From the human T2T-CHM13v2.0 reference genome, Homo sapiens, in NCBI RefSeq assembly GCF_009914755.1, contig NC_060942.1: DNA of 64,000 nucleotides; one strand, given 5' to 3'. The notes beneath the pieces are model-generated. The model did no database searches. It saw nothing but the letters and a program-made list of their open reading frames with translations, and was not told the DNA's origin. Within the stretch, counting starts at the first letter, position 1. Every line of letters begins with the position of its first letter. Shown here in pieces: positions 28,638 to 42,094 of this stretch. Made by a program: the position numbers and the translations under genes.

Positions 28638-29960
28638 AATCTTACATGCAAAGACACACATAGACTCAAAATAAAAGGGTGGAGGAAAATTTACCAAGCA
28701 AATTGAAAACAAAAAAGCAGGGGTTACAATCCTGGTTTCTGACAAAACAGACTTTAAACCAACAAAGTTCAAAAAAGACAAAGAAGGGCATTACATAATG
28801 GTAAAGGGGTCAATTTAACAAGAAGAGCTAACTATTCTAAATATGTACGCACCCAATACAGGGCACCCAGATTCATAAAACCAGTTCTTAGAGACCTATA
28901 AAGAGACTTAGATTCCCATGCAATAATAGTGGGAGAATTTAACACCCCGCTGTCAATATTAGACAGATCACCGAGACAGAAACTTAAGATATTCACGACT
29001 TGAACTCAGCTCTGGATCAAGTGGACCTGATAAACCCACCCCCAAAACAACAAAATATGCATTCTTCTTGGCACCATGGCACTTACTCTAAAATTTATCC
29101 CATAATTGGAAGTAAATCACTCCTCAGCAGATGCAAAAGAACTGAAATCATAACAGTCTCTCAGACCACAGTGCAATCAAATTAGAACTCAAGATTAAGA
29201 AACTCACTCAAAACCACACAACTACATGGAAATTGAACAACCTGCTCCCGAATGATTTCTGGGTAAATAATGAAATTAAGGCAGAAATCAAACAACAGAT
29301 GCTGGCAAGGTTGTGGAGTAATAGGAACATTTTTACACTGTTGGTGGGATGTAAATTAGTTCAACCATTGTGGAACATGGTGTGGCAATTCCTCAAAGAT
29401 CTAGAACCAGAAATATCATTTCACCAGTCATCCTATTACTGGATGTATCCCCAAAGGAATAGAAATCATTCTATTACAAAGATACAGGCATGCATATGTT
29501 CACTGAAGCACTGTTCACAATAGCAAATACATGGAATCAACCCAAATGCCCACCAATGATAGACTGGATAAGGAAAATGTGGTATATACATACCATGAAA
29601 TACTATGCAGCCATAAAAGGGAACAAGATTATGTCCTTTTCATGGACATGGATGAGCTGGAAAGCCATTATCCCCAGCAAACTAATGCAGGAACAGAAAA
29701 CCAAATACCACATGTCCTCACTTGCGAGTGGGAACTGAACAATGAGAACACATGGACACAGGGAGGGGGACAACACACACTGGGGCCTGTTGGGGGTTGG
29801 GGTGGGGAGAGGGAGACCATTAGGAAAAATAGCTAGGCTTAATATCTAGGTGATGGGTTGATAGCTGCAGCAAACCACCATGGCACACAGTTTACCTATA
29901 TAACAATCCTGCACATCCTGCACCTGTACCCCAGAACTTAAAAATGAACATTTAAAAAAA
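28638..29960 (+). mobile_element. L1 (older L1PA) remnant: ORF2 endonuclease segment joined directly to ORF2 C-terminus and 3' UTR
   Basis: Translates to LTCKDTHRLKIKGWRKIYQAN...NNEIKAEIK, then jumps at about 29290 to aacaacagatgctggcaagg and an L1PA 3' UTR. Contains frameshifts and stops. Confidence 0.92.
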
Positions 29961-30296
29961 TGAAGGAACATAGGCAGTTTCTGAGTGCCAGCTTTTAAAC
30001 GAATTTGCAGCCATCTTCAATCTTTCACAAAATAATGCAATATTTATTACTATTTATGATGTAAGATTATGAGGAAACATTATACAGAATCTCTTGATGA
30101 TGAAAAAAAAGGACAAAAGCATAGAGCAGAATCATGATTCCAGTTTTGCTTCCACAGGATATATGTTCTTAGGAATGTCGATTGATATTAATCAATCAAA
30201 GCTTCAGCATCCTCTCATTTTAAAGAGGGATACTTCATCCCTTTCCTATCTTACAGGAATTTTATGAGGATTTAAGTAGATAAAAATCAATGAGTT

Positions 30297-30601
<305 letters not shown>

Positions 30602-31041
30602 TCAAATACCGGGTAAAATGACTAAAGGGATATAAAAGTGTAGAATACTTGAATTTGGCTGAAAATAAGGAAAAGGCATTTTATATATATATATATTATA
30701 TATATATAATATATATAAAAACATGTATGTGTTAAAAATGCTCAATAATTTCTACTAGAACAAGTGCAGATGAAACAAAGATATTAATGGATGATGAACA
30801 ACACTGTTTCTTGAAAGGAAAGCCCAGACTTCCTAGGAGAACACAGAAGAGATTCTTATTCATTTGGAAGGGTAGGGGCTAGAAGATGGAGGTGAGGTTG
30901 AACATTAGGCCTGGGCAGAACTTTTAAAGGAGAGTTTAATAAAATAGCTAAGGAGGGGAAATGTAAGTTATAGAACCATAGAACAGTCAGAAAGCTTTGT
31001 GAATTAAATAAAATACCACTTTCATGTATAAAATAGTACTT

Positions 31042-32030
31042 GAAAAATGGGCAAGGAACATGAGCAGACATTTTTCAAAAGACATAAAAATGGCTACAAA
31101 GGTTCATAAAAAATGCTGTACATTGCTATTCATTAGGGAAATGCAAATAAAACCACAATGAGATATCTTCTCATACGCATCAGAATGGCTATTATAAAAA
31201 GATGAAAGGTAACAAGTGCTGGTGACGACATGGAGAAAAGGGGACCAGGACACTGAACACTGTTGCTGGGAATGCAAATTAGTACAACCATTGGGGAAAA
31301 CAGCATGAAGGTTCCTCAAACATTTAAAAATAAAACTACCCCATAGGCCAGCAATTCTACGTCTAGGTATGTACCCAAATGATTTGAATCAGTGTCAAAG
31401 AGATTCAATTCTCTTATATTCACTGCAGCATGTTTCACAATAGTAAGTTTATGGAATCAGCATAAGTGTTTATCAACAAATGAATGGATTAAAAATGTGG
31501 AACACATACGCAGTGGAATAGTATTGAGCCTTAAAAAGAAAAACTCATTTGCAGCAACATAGCCTTAAAAAAAAAGAAAACTGACATTTGCAGCAACATA
31601 GATGGAATTGGAGAACATTATGCTAAGTTAAATAAACCAGACACAAAAAGACAAATACCAAGTATTCTCACTTATAAATGGAATCTAAATCAATCAACTC
31701 ATAAAAGTAGAAAGTAGAAATGTGGCTACAAAGGCTAGGGGCTCGGGGGCAACAGGGAGATGACGGTCAAAGGGTAAAAGTCTCAGGCAGGAAGAGTATG
31801 TTTTATTTTGATTTTGAGTGTTCTATTGTGGCAAATATAGTTAGTAATGCTGTATTGTACATTTCAAAATTACTAAGTAAATTTCAAAGGTTCTTATCAC
31901 AAAAAAGATAAGTATTTGAATTAATGGTTATGTTAATTAGATTGATTTATTTCACTTGTATTCATAAATTATAATATCATGTGCCCCACAAATATATATA
32001 ATTATAAATTGTCAATTTATAGTACAGTTA
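31042..32030 (+). mobile_element. L1MA-type 3' fragment
   Basis: agggaaatgcaaataaaaccacaatgagatatc ... 3' UTR. Possible TSD aaatagtactt / aaaaagtactt. Confidence 0.85.
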
Positions 32031-32363
32031 AAAAGTACTTAAAAGATACAAGAGGAAATGGACAGAAACATGCTAATCAGTCATTTGAAATTAACACTTT
32101 CATATCTTGATACAGTGGATTAAAAATTGAACAAATATATATAGAGCAGGAAATGCAGAGTGAATAGTGTTTATTATGTGTATATTTGAGTGTGTGTAGA
32201 GAGATTCTACATCAGTGTGTGCATCTTTTCAAGTACTTACAAGATGTACAGAAATTGGCCATATTAGTTAAAAATGAAAAATAAATTTTAATGTACGGAA
32301 ACTACTCAGTGCATGTTCTCTACTACAAAACATTAAATAAAAAATAATAAAATTTGCACAAAT

Positions 32364-32497
32364 GGCCGGGTGCAGTGGCTCACACCTCTAATGGCAGTGC
32401 TTTGGGAGACTGAGGTGGGAGAATTACTTGAGGCCAGGGTTCCAGAGCAGCCTGGGCAACATAATGAGATCTCGTCTCTACAAAAAGGAAAAAAAAA
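32364..32497 (+). mobile_element. Alu left monomer (FLAM-like) inside degenerate old L1
   Basis: ggccgggtgcagtggctcacacc ... cagcctgggcaacataatgagatctcgtctc, followed by an A tail. Confidence 0.85.
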
Positions 32498-33299
32498 GTG
32501 CACAAAAAATCATTACCTTAAGAAAATATACACAAGCAATACTTTATGTAAAAAAGGAAATAAAGCTACAATTTACAATTATATAATTTTAGGAGAGAAT
32601 ACCTTCTATTCTACTTCATTCAGAAGCAAATGCTTTTATTAAACAAATACAATTTTAATTAATACTTAACTTGAGAAGGTAAAAAAAATAGATCAAGAAG
32701 ATAACCTAAGAAAAACAGCAGGTGGAAATTAATTAGCACAAGCACAAAATATAAGAACTGAAAAATATGAGTTATTTACATAAATGAAAACACAAGTCTC
32801 TCTAAAAGATAAATATAAAAATATAGAAACATTATCCAAAGTAAAACCCAAATATATAAATTCAACATATGAAAGGACTTATAAAAATGTATTTTTTTAA
32901 AAAATCCTACAAGAATTTGATGGTTTTGTATTAAAAGGTGAACACCAAATAACCTTAGGAGAATTGATGACTTTTTAGGGGAACAACGGTCATAATTCTA
33001 CTTATACATACATCAGCTAAAGTCCCTAGATGGCATAACTAACCTAAATGTTTAAAATTTTTCTCAAAATTTTTTAGTTTTGAGATTTTTTAGTTTTTAG
33101 TTCCAAAAGAGCAGAAATAAGTTAATGCCTTTCAGTATGGATATAGTGAATACATTTGGGGCATAGCAAGGTAGTCCTTTGTATTATTCAGGGTCCACTT
33201 AAGTAAATGGAGCCTGTGATAGAGAGTTCAATGAAGGAACTTTAATACAGTAATTTAGATTCAAGAGATAGGAAGAGTAGAGACAATCAAAGATTAGCA

Positions 33300-33700
33300 A
33301 AAGCAGGAAAGATGCTACCAGCCCTGCTTCCCTTGCCTATTAGTTTCATGGATGTTGGCAGAAAACACAAAAAACTCCTGAGTCAGAGACAGAGGACTTG
33401 ATTCCTGAGGCACAGCGAGCATCATGAGTTTCATGCTTCCATAGGTTTCCCTGGTCCCCTGGTCCCACGGGGTCATGTGGAGCAGCCAGGGTGGATGGTG
33501 CTGCATATTACCACAGCCAAGGGATCTGAGTTAGCAACTCCCCATCTTATCAGGGGGCTGCTAGCAACCCTGCCCAGCCTTTGCCTTGGAGGAAAATAGG
33601 ATCTGTACTGTCCTGGTCAGGAAACAAATCTGCCCTCTGCCTGGAGGCTGTTTGCTGTACAAACATACTTGAAAAGATAGTAACAAAAGTGCAAAGCCAG
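33300..33700 (-). mobile_element. Old ERVL-type LTR (LTR40-like)
   Basis: gcagaaaacacaaaaaactcctgagtcagagacagaggact resembles the LTR40 3' end from memory; locally GC-richer island. Confidence 0.45.
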
Positions 33701-34864
33701 AGTGACACAGGACTCATTGTTTCCTAAAAATGACCTTTGCAATGAAATGTGTTCAAAAGAATCTTCTGAAGTTTAGGGGAGGAAAGAGAGATGAGGATTG
33801 GAATCTCTTTGATATCATCTACGAATCTCAAATATTTACAAATAAAAGATAAGTGTATTTATATATTGCCTAAATGGGAAAAACACAAGGAACCCACCCT
33901 TGTTTCTATCTTTACAAGAGCCCTCTAAATCTAAACCTCTTTTCTGGTTGGGGAGAAGGGTCTATTCTCATCAACTTGAGGACAGCATAACTCTCATCTG
34001 TGTTATATTCAAACAAAGGTATCAGTGCAGTCTCCATACAGCACTTAGGGGCTAAATTATTTTCTTAGACTGTTGGCTTTGTGATGAGATGTGTCGGTTG
34101 TCCCTCTCAAATAAAACACAAATGTTTTAACTACTCTCCAGGCTTATTTGAGCTGTGATCTCTACTCTTTCTAGATGCTAACTAACTCCTGATTCATTGC
34201 TCATATCCTAGAAAACTGACTGCTGTTTCAAAAGAATAGAAGGAAGAGAGAGTTAGAACCAAAAATGACAAAAAGTGATGGCAAGTATATCAAGAACTGA
34301 ATCAATGCCTCCTAATCTAGTTGATTTCTGTATGTATGCCAGAGCATCGTTTCTAAATCCTGACCCTATGCAAAAAGGAGAAGCATCGCCTACAGGAAAT
34401 AGTCTTATAAATAACAAGGGAATTCTGGCACAAAGATTGCAGAATTTTGTATCGCTGTTTGAGACTTTTTTTTTTTACTAAGTCCACTGAAAGAATCAAT
34501 ACAGCAGACCCTTGCAGAGAAGGAATGAAAGAACTTCAAACACATGTATCCATCTTGTTTAATTTCTTAAAATACATTGTTTAGAAATAATCTCATAACA
34601 TAATTTTTTATATAAATATTTATTTGCAATATAAGTTGCCTTATATATTTTGTTGATATACATACTTTTATGGTCCTAAAAATCCTCCTGGTCAAATTGA
34701 TGCATTGCTTTTTCAATGAAGGCATTACTATAGCATTTTAAGTTTTGTTTTTTCTTAATGCTTTTAATTGAAGCATTATAATATGAAAATAGTTAAGGAT
34801 GAGTTTTAATTAAATAGTTAAGGATGTGTGTCCTCTTTGTTGAAGCCTGTCATCAAAAAAAGTT

Positions 34865-35012
34865 TTACACCTGTAATCCAGGCTACTCGGGAGGCTGAGG
34901 TGGCAGAAGTGCTTGAGCTTGGGAGGCGGAGATTGCAGTGAGCGAAGATTGCACCACACTCCAGCCTGGGCAACAGAGTGAGACCCTATCTCCAAAAAAA
35001 AAAAAAAAAAAA
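34865..35012 (+). mobile_element. Alu right monomer
   Basis: cacctgtaatccaggctactcgggaggctgagg ... polyA. Confidence 0.9.
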
Positions 35013-35165
35013 GAAGTTATCAAGAGTGCTTGAAATACTGTCTTAGTCACTGCACAGATCAAACAGGTCAATTTCTAATACATTGCTTAAAGTTCATAAC
35101 AAAATTAAGAATTGCTGGTTAAATCAGACAGATTCTGCATTTCTTAGATTCCCCATGAGAGTACT

Positions 35166-35549
35166 CATATTAGTTTGCTCAGCCTGCTATAACAAAATAC
35201 CACAAACTGGATGGGTTAAACAACAGAAATTTATTTTCTCAGTTCTGGAGGCTGGAAGTGCAAAAACCAATATACCTGCAGGGTTGGTTTCTCCTGAGGC
35301 CTCTCTTCTTGACTTTTAGATGGGCACTTCCTTGCTGTGTCCTTAATAGCCTTTTCTCTGTGAATATTTATCCCTGTGTCTCTTCCTCTTCATCTAAGGG
35401 CACAAGTCCTATTTGATTAGGGTCCCCACACTTATATCTTCCCTTAACCTTCATTAAGCTCTTTAAAAGCCTTGTCTTCAAATATAGTCATTTGGGGGAT
35501 AGTGTTTTAACATATGAATTTGTGGGGGAACACAGTTCAGTCTACAGCA
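35166..35549 (-). mobile_element. MLT1B-like solo LTR
   Basis: tattagtttgctcagcctgctataacaaaataccac ... cacagttcagtctacagca with a 5-bp TSD GTACT on both sides. Confidence 0.88.
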
Positions 35550-36408
35550 GTACTCAATACATAGGTACACATGGGGAATGGACTCTATTTTAAAAGTCCA
35601 GGGGAACATTTAGACATCTGAGAAATGGGGGACTAGATTTGTATCCCTGGCAAAGATCCCAAGAAAATCCATGATCAATTTTTTAAATACAAATTTTCCA
35701 TTTTTCAGCAATAAATTATGGAAGTAGAATAAGGAGAAACCTAAAGAAATAGAATATCATTAAAAGCATCCTAGAACACGAAAACAATGAAGAGGGAAGA
35801 GTAGAGAAACATGAGGCGTAAAACAATACAGGGTGATTCAGAAGCAAATCATGTGGAAGAGTTATTATCCAGTGGCTTCCAATTATATTTCCAGCAAACA
35901 AAAAATGCTTACTCTATTTCCCTGATGCTTAAAACTGACCACATTTGGGAAGAAAAATGTCTCCCAGAATAAAAAAAAGAGAAGAAAAAGCACTTTCATC
36001 ACATTTTGGAAAGATTAATTTACCATCAATGATCTACTGTATGCTGAGTAATAAACAAATTATAATACATTAGAAAAAGGAATAAAGAGTAGACAGTAGG
36101 CAGAACGGTGATTAATATGAGACTGAATCTATGGATTGTTGTTATTAATGGGCATTGCTGACATGAATTGAAGATTTATGTGTTTAATTAAGTTTATGCC
36201 TCATATGGGAAATTGGCTTTAAAGACGAAAGTCCTATCTTTTCTCCTAATAATCCTTTCATAAAATGAGCCTGGCCTCTAGTTCTTTATGGTGGTGGATG
36301 ATGGACTTCCATCCATATGAGGGTGTAATGCACGTTTTTAACGTGCATAGCTCTACCTGCAGAGTCCCCCACTGTTAGGTCCGGGGTAAAACTGGAGACC
36401 TCCATTGT

Positions 36409-36867
36409 TGATGCAGGATTTTTTTGCTCCTTAGTTCAGCTAAATCCAGGTTCTTGTCTCACAACCAGGAAAAATTAGGCATGTGAACACATTGAAGGGT
36501 GAGGAAAGCAGAATTTATTAAGCAAAAGGGGAGCTCTCAGCAAAGAGAGGGGTCCCCCACCAGCCAGCTCCCACCTCACAGATTGAACACAAGGCCACCA
36601 CACAGGACCTGAAGGGGCCAGGCTCCTCCCCTGCATCAGGTGTGATTTCCTGGTGGCTCCGCCCCATTTTTTCCAGTGCACATGTGGGCCCTTGGTCTGA
36701 GCCACCCCAATTCATTTCCTTTACTACGCATGTGTTAAGGGACAGAATATTTTTTACGTGGGCTTGTTTAGACAAGTCCCATGTGAGCAATGACCTGGGT
36801 GGGTCAGAGGTTCCCCGGGGAGCCTTCCTTATCTGCCTAGCCATTTCACCGTCTCCTGCCGTTATTA
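36409..36867 (-). mobile_element. ERV1 solo LTR (MER4 group, MER48-like)
   Basis: Starts tgatgcaggatt; polyA signal (tttatt on +); 4-bp TSD TTGT at 36405-36408 and 36868-36871. Confidence 0.8.
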
Positions 36868-38403
36868 TTGTTACCAAACCACCCAAAGATTCTGAAAGCA
36901 CTACTCTATGATAACCCAGAAACTTGTCTCCTTAGAACCCCACCCCTATAAACACCAACCACAGGATGTGGATGTGGATAGTTCACCTGTTTATGTAATA
37001 AGCAGGAAAACTTTGAAGTCTACCAAATTTTGAAAAACAAAGAATGGCTGCAAAGTTACCATTGGGAGCCATCTTTAAAAAAAGAAAGATACCTCAACAG
37101 TCCCAGACTTTTAAATAGACTGAGTATGGCACTTCTGTGACAAGACGTAGCAGCTCGAGAAATGCCTTACTACTAAGAAAGTAAAATGAAATAAGTAAGT
37201 TCAAGCTCTATAATTCCACTTTCTATTAAAATGTAAGAACCTCTTAGTTTTATGTGGCCTTGAACGACCTGGTGTGTCATATCAGGTACTTTCCTGATAG
37301 CATCTTCTATGAAGGGTGGTAAGAGTCAAATCCAATGCTGGATGCAGAAGTATGTGACCCATCCAAGCATCGAGGACCAGGCACGGGGTGTGCAGGTGCA
37401 CCGTGGGAGGTACACACCACAGTAGCAGAAAGGCACGCAAAGCCTAGATTTGACAGAGATGATCTTTGCAACTCAGTTTTGCCAGGAGTCAGGCATTACA
37501 TAAAGAGAAAATGTGAGATTTTATTCATTAGAGGATTGCTCATTGTCTGTCAAAAAGTAAACATTTCCTCAGGTTGGGTCAGAGACATGTGTGCCGAGAC
37601 TAAATAAAACCATTTCTGCATGCTTCTTGAAATTATTTCTGCATTAATAAAAATAAAGCTATTTCTTGGAAGTCCAATGTAAACTATTATTTTCTTTGAA
37701 CTAATCATGTGCCGGAGCACGTGATATTGTGTGAATCTTCTCAGCAATCCTTAAAATGTATGTTTCGAATAAACAAACATGCCACAGTTTTATCACAGTG
37801 TTTCTCAGAGAATACCTTTTTTAATATGTACAAGATTCTATAACAGGGGCAAGGAAAAAGGTCTATTTGAGAAAATATCCATTGTGTAAGGTTGGGAGGA
37901 AGTGTAAGGAAAAATGTTTAGCGATTGAAATGGGTAAAAAAAAATAATAACGGGTATTCTGTAAACCTTTCATGGGTCTCTGCTTCTGAAGCAGCTGGCA
38001 CCTTTACTTTTTTAGTTATTTTACAACTCTGTAAATTGTGGAAAGCTGAGAGTAATGCAAATAATTCTTGTCCATAGAAATGTAAATAACTTTGTCAGGT
38101 GGAGTGAGTACAATTGATCATGCCCTGAGTGTTTGCCAGCATTCCCCATTGCTACAAGTCATTGGAATCATTCGTACCATCTTAATGTTCTCTTCTTAAT
38201 TAATGAGTAAAATTGTTTACAAGTATTCCTTTCATATTTTTGAGTAATGATTTTACTTTAAAAGTTATCCTTACACCGGGGATCATGCAGGTATCTATAG
38301 CAGATTCTATCTGTCACTCACATTTAACCCTGAATATTTAGAAGAGCAGATTTCAGTTTAATATTTTAAAACGAGGCCTAAAACACATTCTTTTCTCTTT
38401 TAG

Positions 38404-38521
38404 CTTCAGACAAGCTTGACTGAACCAATGACATTATCCAAATCAATATCTCTTCCTCGCAGCGCGTACTGGCATCACATCACTCGTCAGAACAGCGTTG
38501 GTGAAATCTACAGTTTGCAAG
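38404..38521 (+). CDS. DOK6: DOK6 internal coding exon (probably exon 7, penultimate)
   Basis: ttcttttctcttttag| acceptor, phase 0 matching the previous exon, 118 bp. Encodes LQTSLTEPMTLSKSISLPRSAYWHHITRQNSVGEIYSLQ(G) and ends AAG|gcaagt (GC donor). Confidence 0.95.
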
Positions 38522-38527
38522 GCAAGT
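38519..38527 (+). promoter_or_regulatory. Non-canonical GC 5' splice site (GC-AG intron)
   Basis: AAG|GCAAGT matches the donor consensus at every position except +2. The DOK6 protein as I recall it continues YSLQG-HGFG, which requires splicing here. Confidence 0.85.
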
Positions 38528-41111
38528 CACTTTAATGTAAGAAAGCAGTGCCTCCATAAGCTTCCTCCAGGTGGACTGAGTCATGCAAATTGCTTTGTAT
38601 TTGCATTGCTTGCTTTTCCTCCCATTCCCATTTATCAGCTGTCACTGGCCACAGTGGGAGCTCTGAGATTTACAGTGGCTTTTTAAAAGCTATCATTTCA
38701 TATACTCATGGTAAAAAATATTTCAAAAATTACTGTGAGGGCTAAGGACCCCATTTGGCACGAGAACTTGACTAAAACATTATACCAAGCACATTATCAG
38801 AAGCTAAAAGCTAATGCTGAGATCTGCTTCATGCTGTTGTTTTATGAAGGATTTCTTTTTTCGCATCTTTTTTTCCTTGAAAGGATTCAATATCAGTTCA
38901 GGAGGCTGACTTCAGGCTTTAAGGCTCTGCCATAAACTGGTATATAAACCTACCCATGAAAGTCTTAAAGTTTAGTCAAAGCCTTAATACAGAAACCATT
39001 CGGAAAGGGTGCAGGGTAGAAGGGGCCACATGTAGATACTTTGCCTTTGTACTTTTTCTAATGATAAACGGTCAATTAGCTAGCATAGGAATAGCTTGCC
39101 AGATGAATCAAATTAATAGCTAGCAGATTTTTTTTTTACTAACAGCAGCAAACAACCCAGCTTCAGCAGTTGTCTTCCTGTTCCTTCCCTTTTGTTTTAA
39201 ACTGAATAATCTTACCCTTCAAATAAAATATTTGATTGGCTACAAGCAACTGACTAACAGCTAGCCAACACTGGAGGAAGCAAGAAACTAGAAACTAAGA
39301 AAATAAGGCTGAAACACACACAGCCAAGAGCATTTACTCATCCAACAAACATTTATTGAGCACCATAGGCTTGAATGTAATAAGCATCCAATAAAATATC
39401 TGGGGAAAGTATGACCAAGTATGACCCTCTGGTAGTTAGACATTCAGACTGTGTTTTTCTTTCACACATTAGCTTTTGCTCACTATTAACAATGCTGTAA
39501 GTTTTGACAAAAAGAAATATTTCCGTTGCAAGCAAACTGAAGTAATGTGTCTTTTTATAGCAATATTTGCTTGCCAGGGTTTCCAAACTAGACTAATGGA
39601 GTTCGATCATGGAAATTAATGGTTAAAGATATGTTCTACAAGGCAAAGCAGTTGGAATGGTTTTAGTCAATTACTGAAGGCAATTACATTTTATATTGTA
39701 AAGGGACTCTCTTATGGCCAACCTGACTGCCTGTATTTAAGAGTTATTATCTTTGTTATTTGTATGATAAAATATTTAACAGAATAAGGATTAGAGGGTT
39801 AAGAAAAGTGAGGAGTGGAGACTGGTTTGGCAATTTCAAGAATCGGAAAGAGAAGACGAGTATCTTATGCTTTTATTTCCCTGTTCAAATGCCAGCAGCC
39901 ACACACTCAAATTGCCTGAGTCATGATCATGCAAAATTAACCTTGCCTATTTCTGGGATGAAAAATAATTTGAAAGTATGCTTGTAATATAAGATTTTTA
40001 TTTAAACATATGTGTAAATATTGATATTCACTTGAAAACAAACTATAAAATGTTTAAATGAAAAAAACTATCAGATTTCTAAGCAATAAAAGTGAGATAT
40101 TAGTGCTCTTAATACAAAAAACGTGGGAATAGGTCAGAAGTAGTATAATAACTCTAGTTTTTGTCAAGGGTTTGGCCTATAATTCCAGAAAATAAAAACT
40201 CTTGTTTTCATGGTAGTATGAAGGAAACGTTTTCTGAAGACAGAGCTAAGATTTAGACTGATACACAATTTCTGCAATGGCTTTGCATCTGATAAAAATT
40301 AGAATGCACTGGAATATCCTAAAACATTGCCAGAGACTTCTTGAAGGAAGATGTTGATTTATATGTTGTATAGATATAATAACTGATTGAAATACTCTCA
40401 CTGATGTTAACTTGCAGCAAAGTTAAAGGCTTGACATGCCTTTTCAATTACAATTTACTTAATCTCAGTATTTCATGTTTCTCTGGTTGGTTGGTGATGA
40501 TTACAGAGTGAAAAATATGTATTGACTAAGGTAATTACTTAAGTCAAATATTTATAAAATGTATTCAACGGAAGTTACGTTTCACTATACTGTGGGTTTA
40601 CTTTTTGTACTGTGTGCTTCTTAGAGCAATACGTTTTACCACCCTGTATACCCCTCAGTGTTATAGATATAAAAATTTAAGTATCCAGATAAGGGGATAG
40701 ATGGTTGATAGTAGGCAGGCATATAATATAGAGATGAATAAATAGATAAAGTTGTTAGTTATACTTTGATAATGGTCACGTATTTTATTCTTCCTTCGTT
40801 CGGTTGTGATAGTCAAAACAAGTAGAGAGCAAGGAGCCTCAGTAGTTTTTTTACTAGGTGCTAGTCCCTAATGGAATCAGGGTAGAATAAAACTATTGAA
40901 AATAAGGAAGAAATAAAAAGAGAAATTCAGAACCTCAGCACCCTTCCACGAACACGTACGTTTTTCACAAAACTACATTTAGAAGCCTAGTTATCCACTG
41001 AGTGCGGTGGCTCATCCCTGTAATCCCAGCACTTTGAGAGTTTGATTTTTTTTTCCCCCAGAGCAGAAGCGAGAGTTTATTAAAAAGCTTTAGAACAGCA
41101 AGGGAAAGAAA

Positions 41112-41217
41112 AGAAGGAAAGTTCACCTTGGGAGAGAGCAAAGCAGGCGCCTTGAGAAACCAAGAGAAGGAAAGTTCACCTTGGGAGAAAGCAAAGCAGG
41201 CGCCCTGAGAAACCAAG
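41112..41217. repeat. 53-bp tandem duplication in the LTR R region
   Basis: agaaggaaagttcaccttgggaga...gagaaaccaag present twice with 2 mismatches. Confidence 0.95.
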
Positions 41218-41292
41218 TGCGCAGCTTGACCTCTTGAATTCGGGTTTTATACTTCGGGTTGGCTTACTTCCGGGATCTTGTATTACTTCTCC

Positions 41293-42094
41293 CTACTCCT
41301 GAAATCTTATTGGGAAGCTGCTGATCAGTTTCAGGTGTTTTCTATCTAGTAGGAGCCTGCCTTTCCCGGGGGCCGGCTGTGACCAATTATTACTACTCCT
41401 GAAATCTTATTGGGAAGCTGCTGATCAGTTTCAGGTGTTTTCTGTCTAGTAGGAGCCTGCCTTTCCCGGGGGCCGGTTGTGACCAATTATTACTACTCCT
41501 GAAATCTTACTGGGAAGCTGCTGATCAGTTTCAGGTGTTTTCTATCTAGTAGGAGCCTGCCTTTCCCGGGGGCTGGCTGTGACCAATTATTACTACTCCT
41601 GAAATCTTACTGGGAAGCTGCTGATCAGTTTCAGGTGTTTTCTGTCTAGTAGGAGCCTGCCTTTCCCGGGGGCCGGTTGTGACCAATTATTACTACTCCT
41701 GAAATCTTACTGGGAAGCTGCTGATCAGTTTCAGGTGTTTTCTATCTAGTAGGAGCCTGCCTTTCCCGGGGGCTGGCTGTGACCAATTATTACTACTCCT
41801 GAAATCTTACTGGGAAGCTGCTGATCAGTTTCAGGTGTTTTCTGTCTAGTAGGAGCCTGCCTTTCCCGGGGGCCGGTTGTGACCAATTATTACTACTCCT
41901 GAAATCTTACTGGGAAGCTGCTGATCAGTTTCAGGTGTTTTCTATCTATTAAGAGCCTGCCTTTCCCTGGGGCCGGCTGCGACCAATTATTACTACTCCT
42001 GAAATCTTACTGGGAAGCTGCTGATCAGTTTCAGGTGTTTTCTATCTATTAAGAGGCTGCCTTTCCCTGGGGCCGGCTGCGACCAATTATTACT
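41293..42094. repeat. Minisatellite, 8 x 100 bp, inside the LTR U3
   Basis: gaaatctta recurs at 41301, 41401, ... 42001; units differ by only a few substitutions. Confidence 0.99.

Noticed and set aside
28479-29836. L1 ORF2-like ORFs as active coding sequence
   Set aside because: Frameshifted, interrupted by stops and lacking the RT domain.
31527-31598. Tandem duplication of about 35 bp (agccttaaaaagaaaactcatttgcagcaacat)
   Set aside because: Real, but an ordinary slippage event inside a dead L1.
36475-36911. Overlapping ORFs on both strands
   Set aside because: A by-product of a GC-richer solo LTR.
41293-42094. Regular array suggestive of CRISPR
   Set aside because: The units are contiguous with no unique spacers, the context is a eukaryotic LTR, and there are no cas genes.
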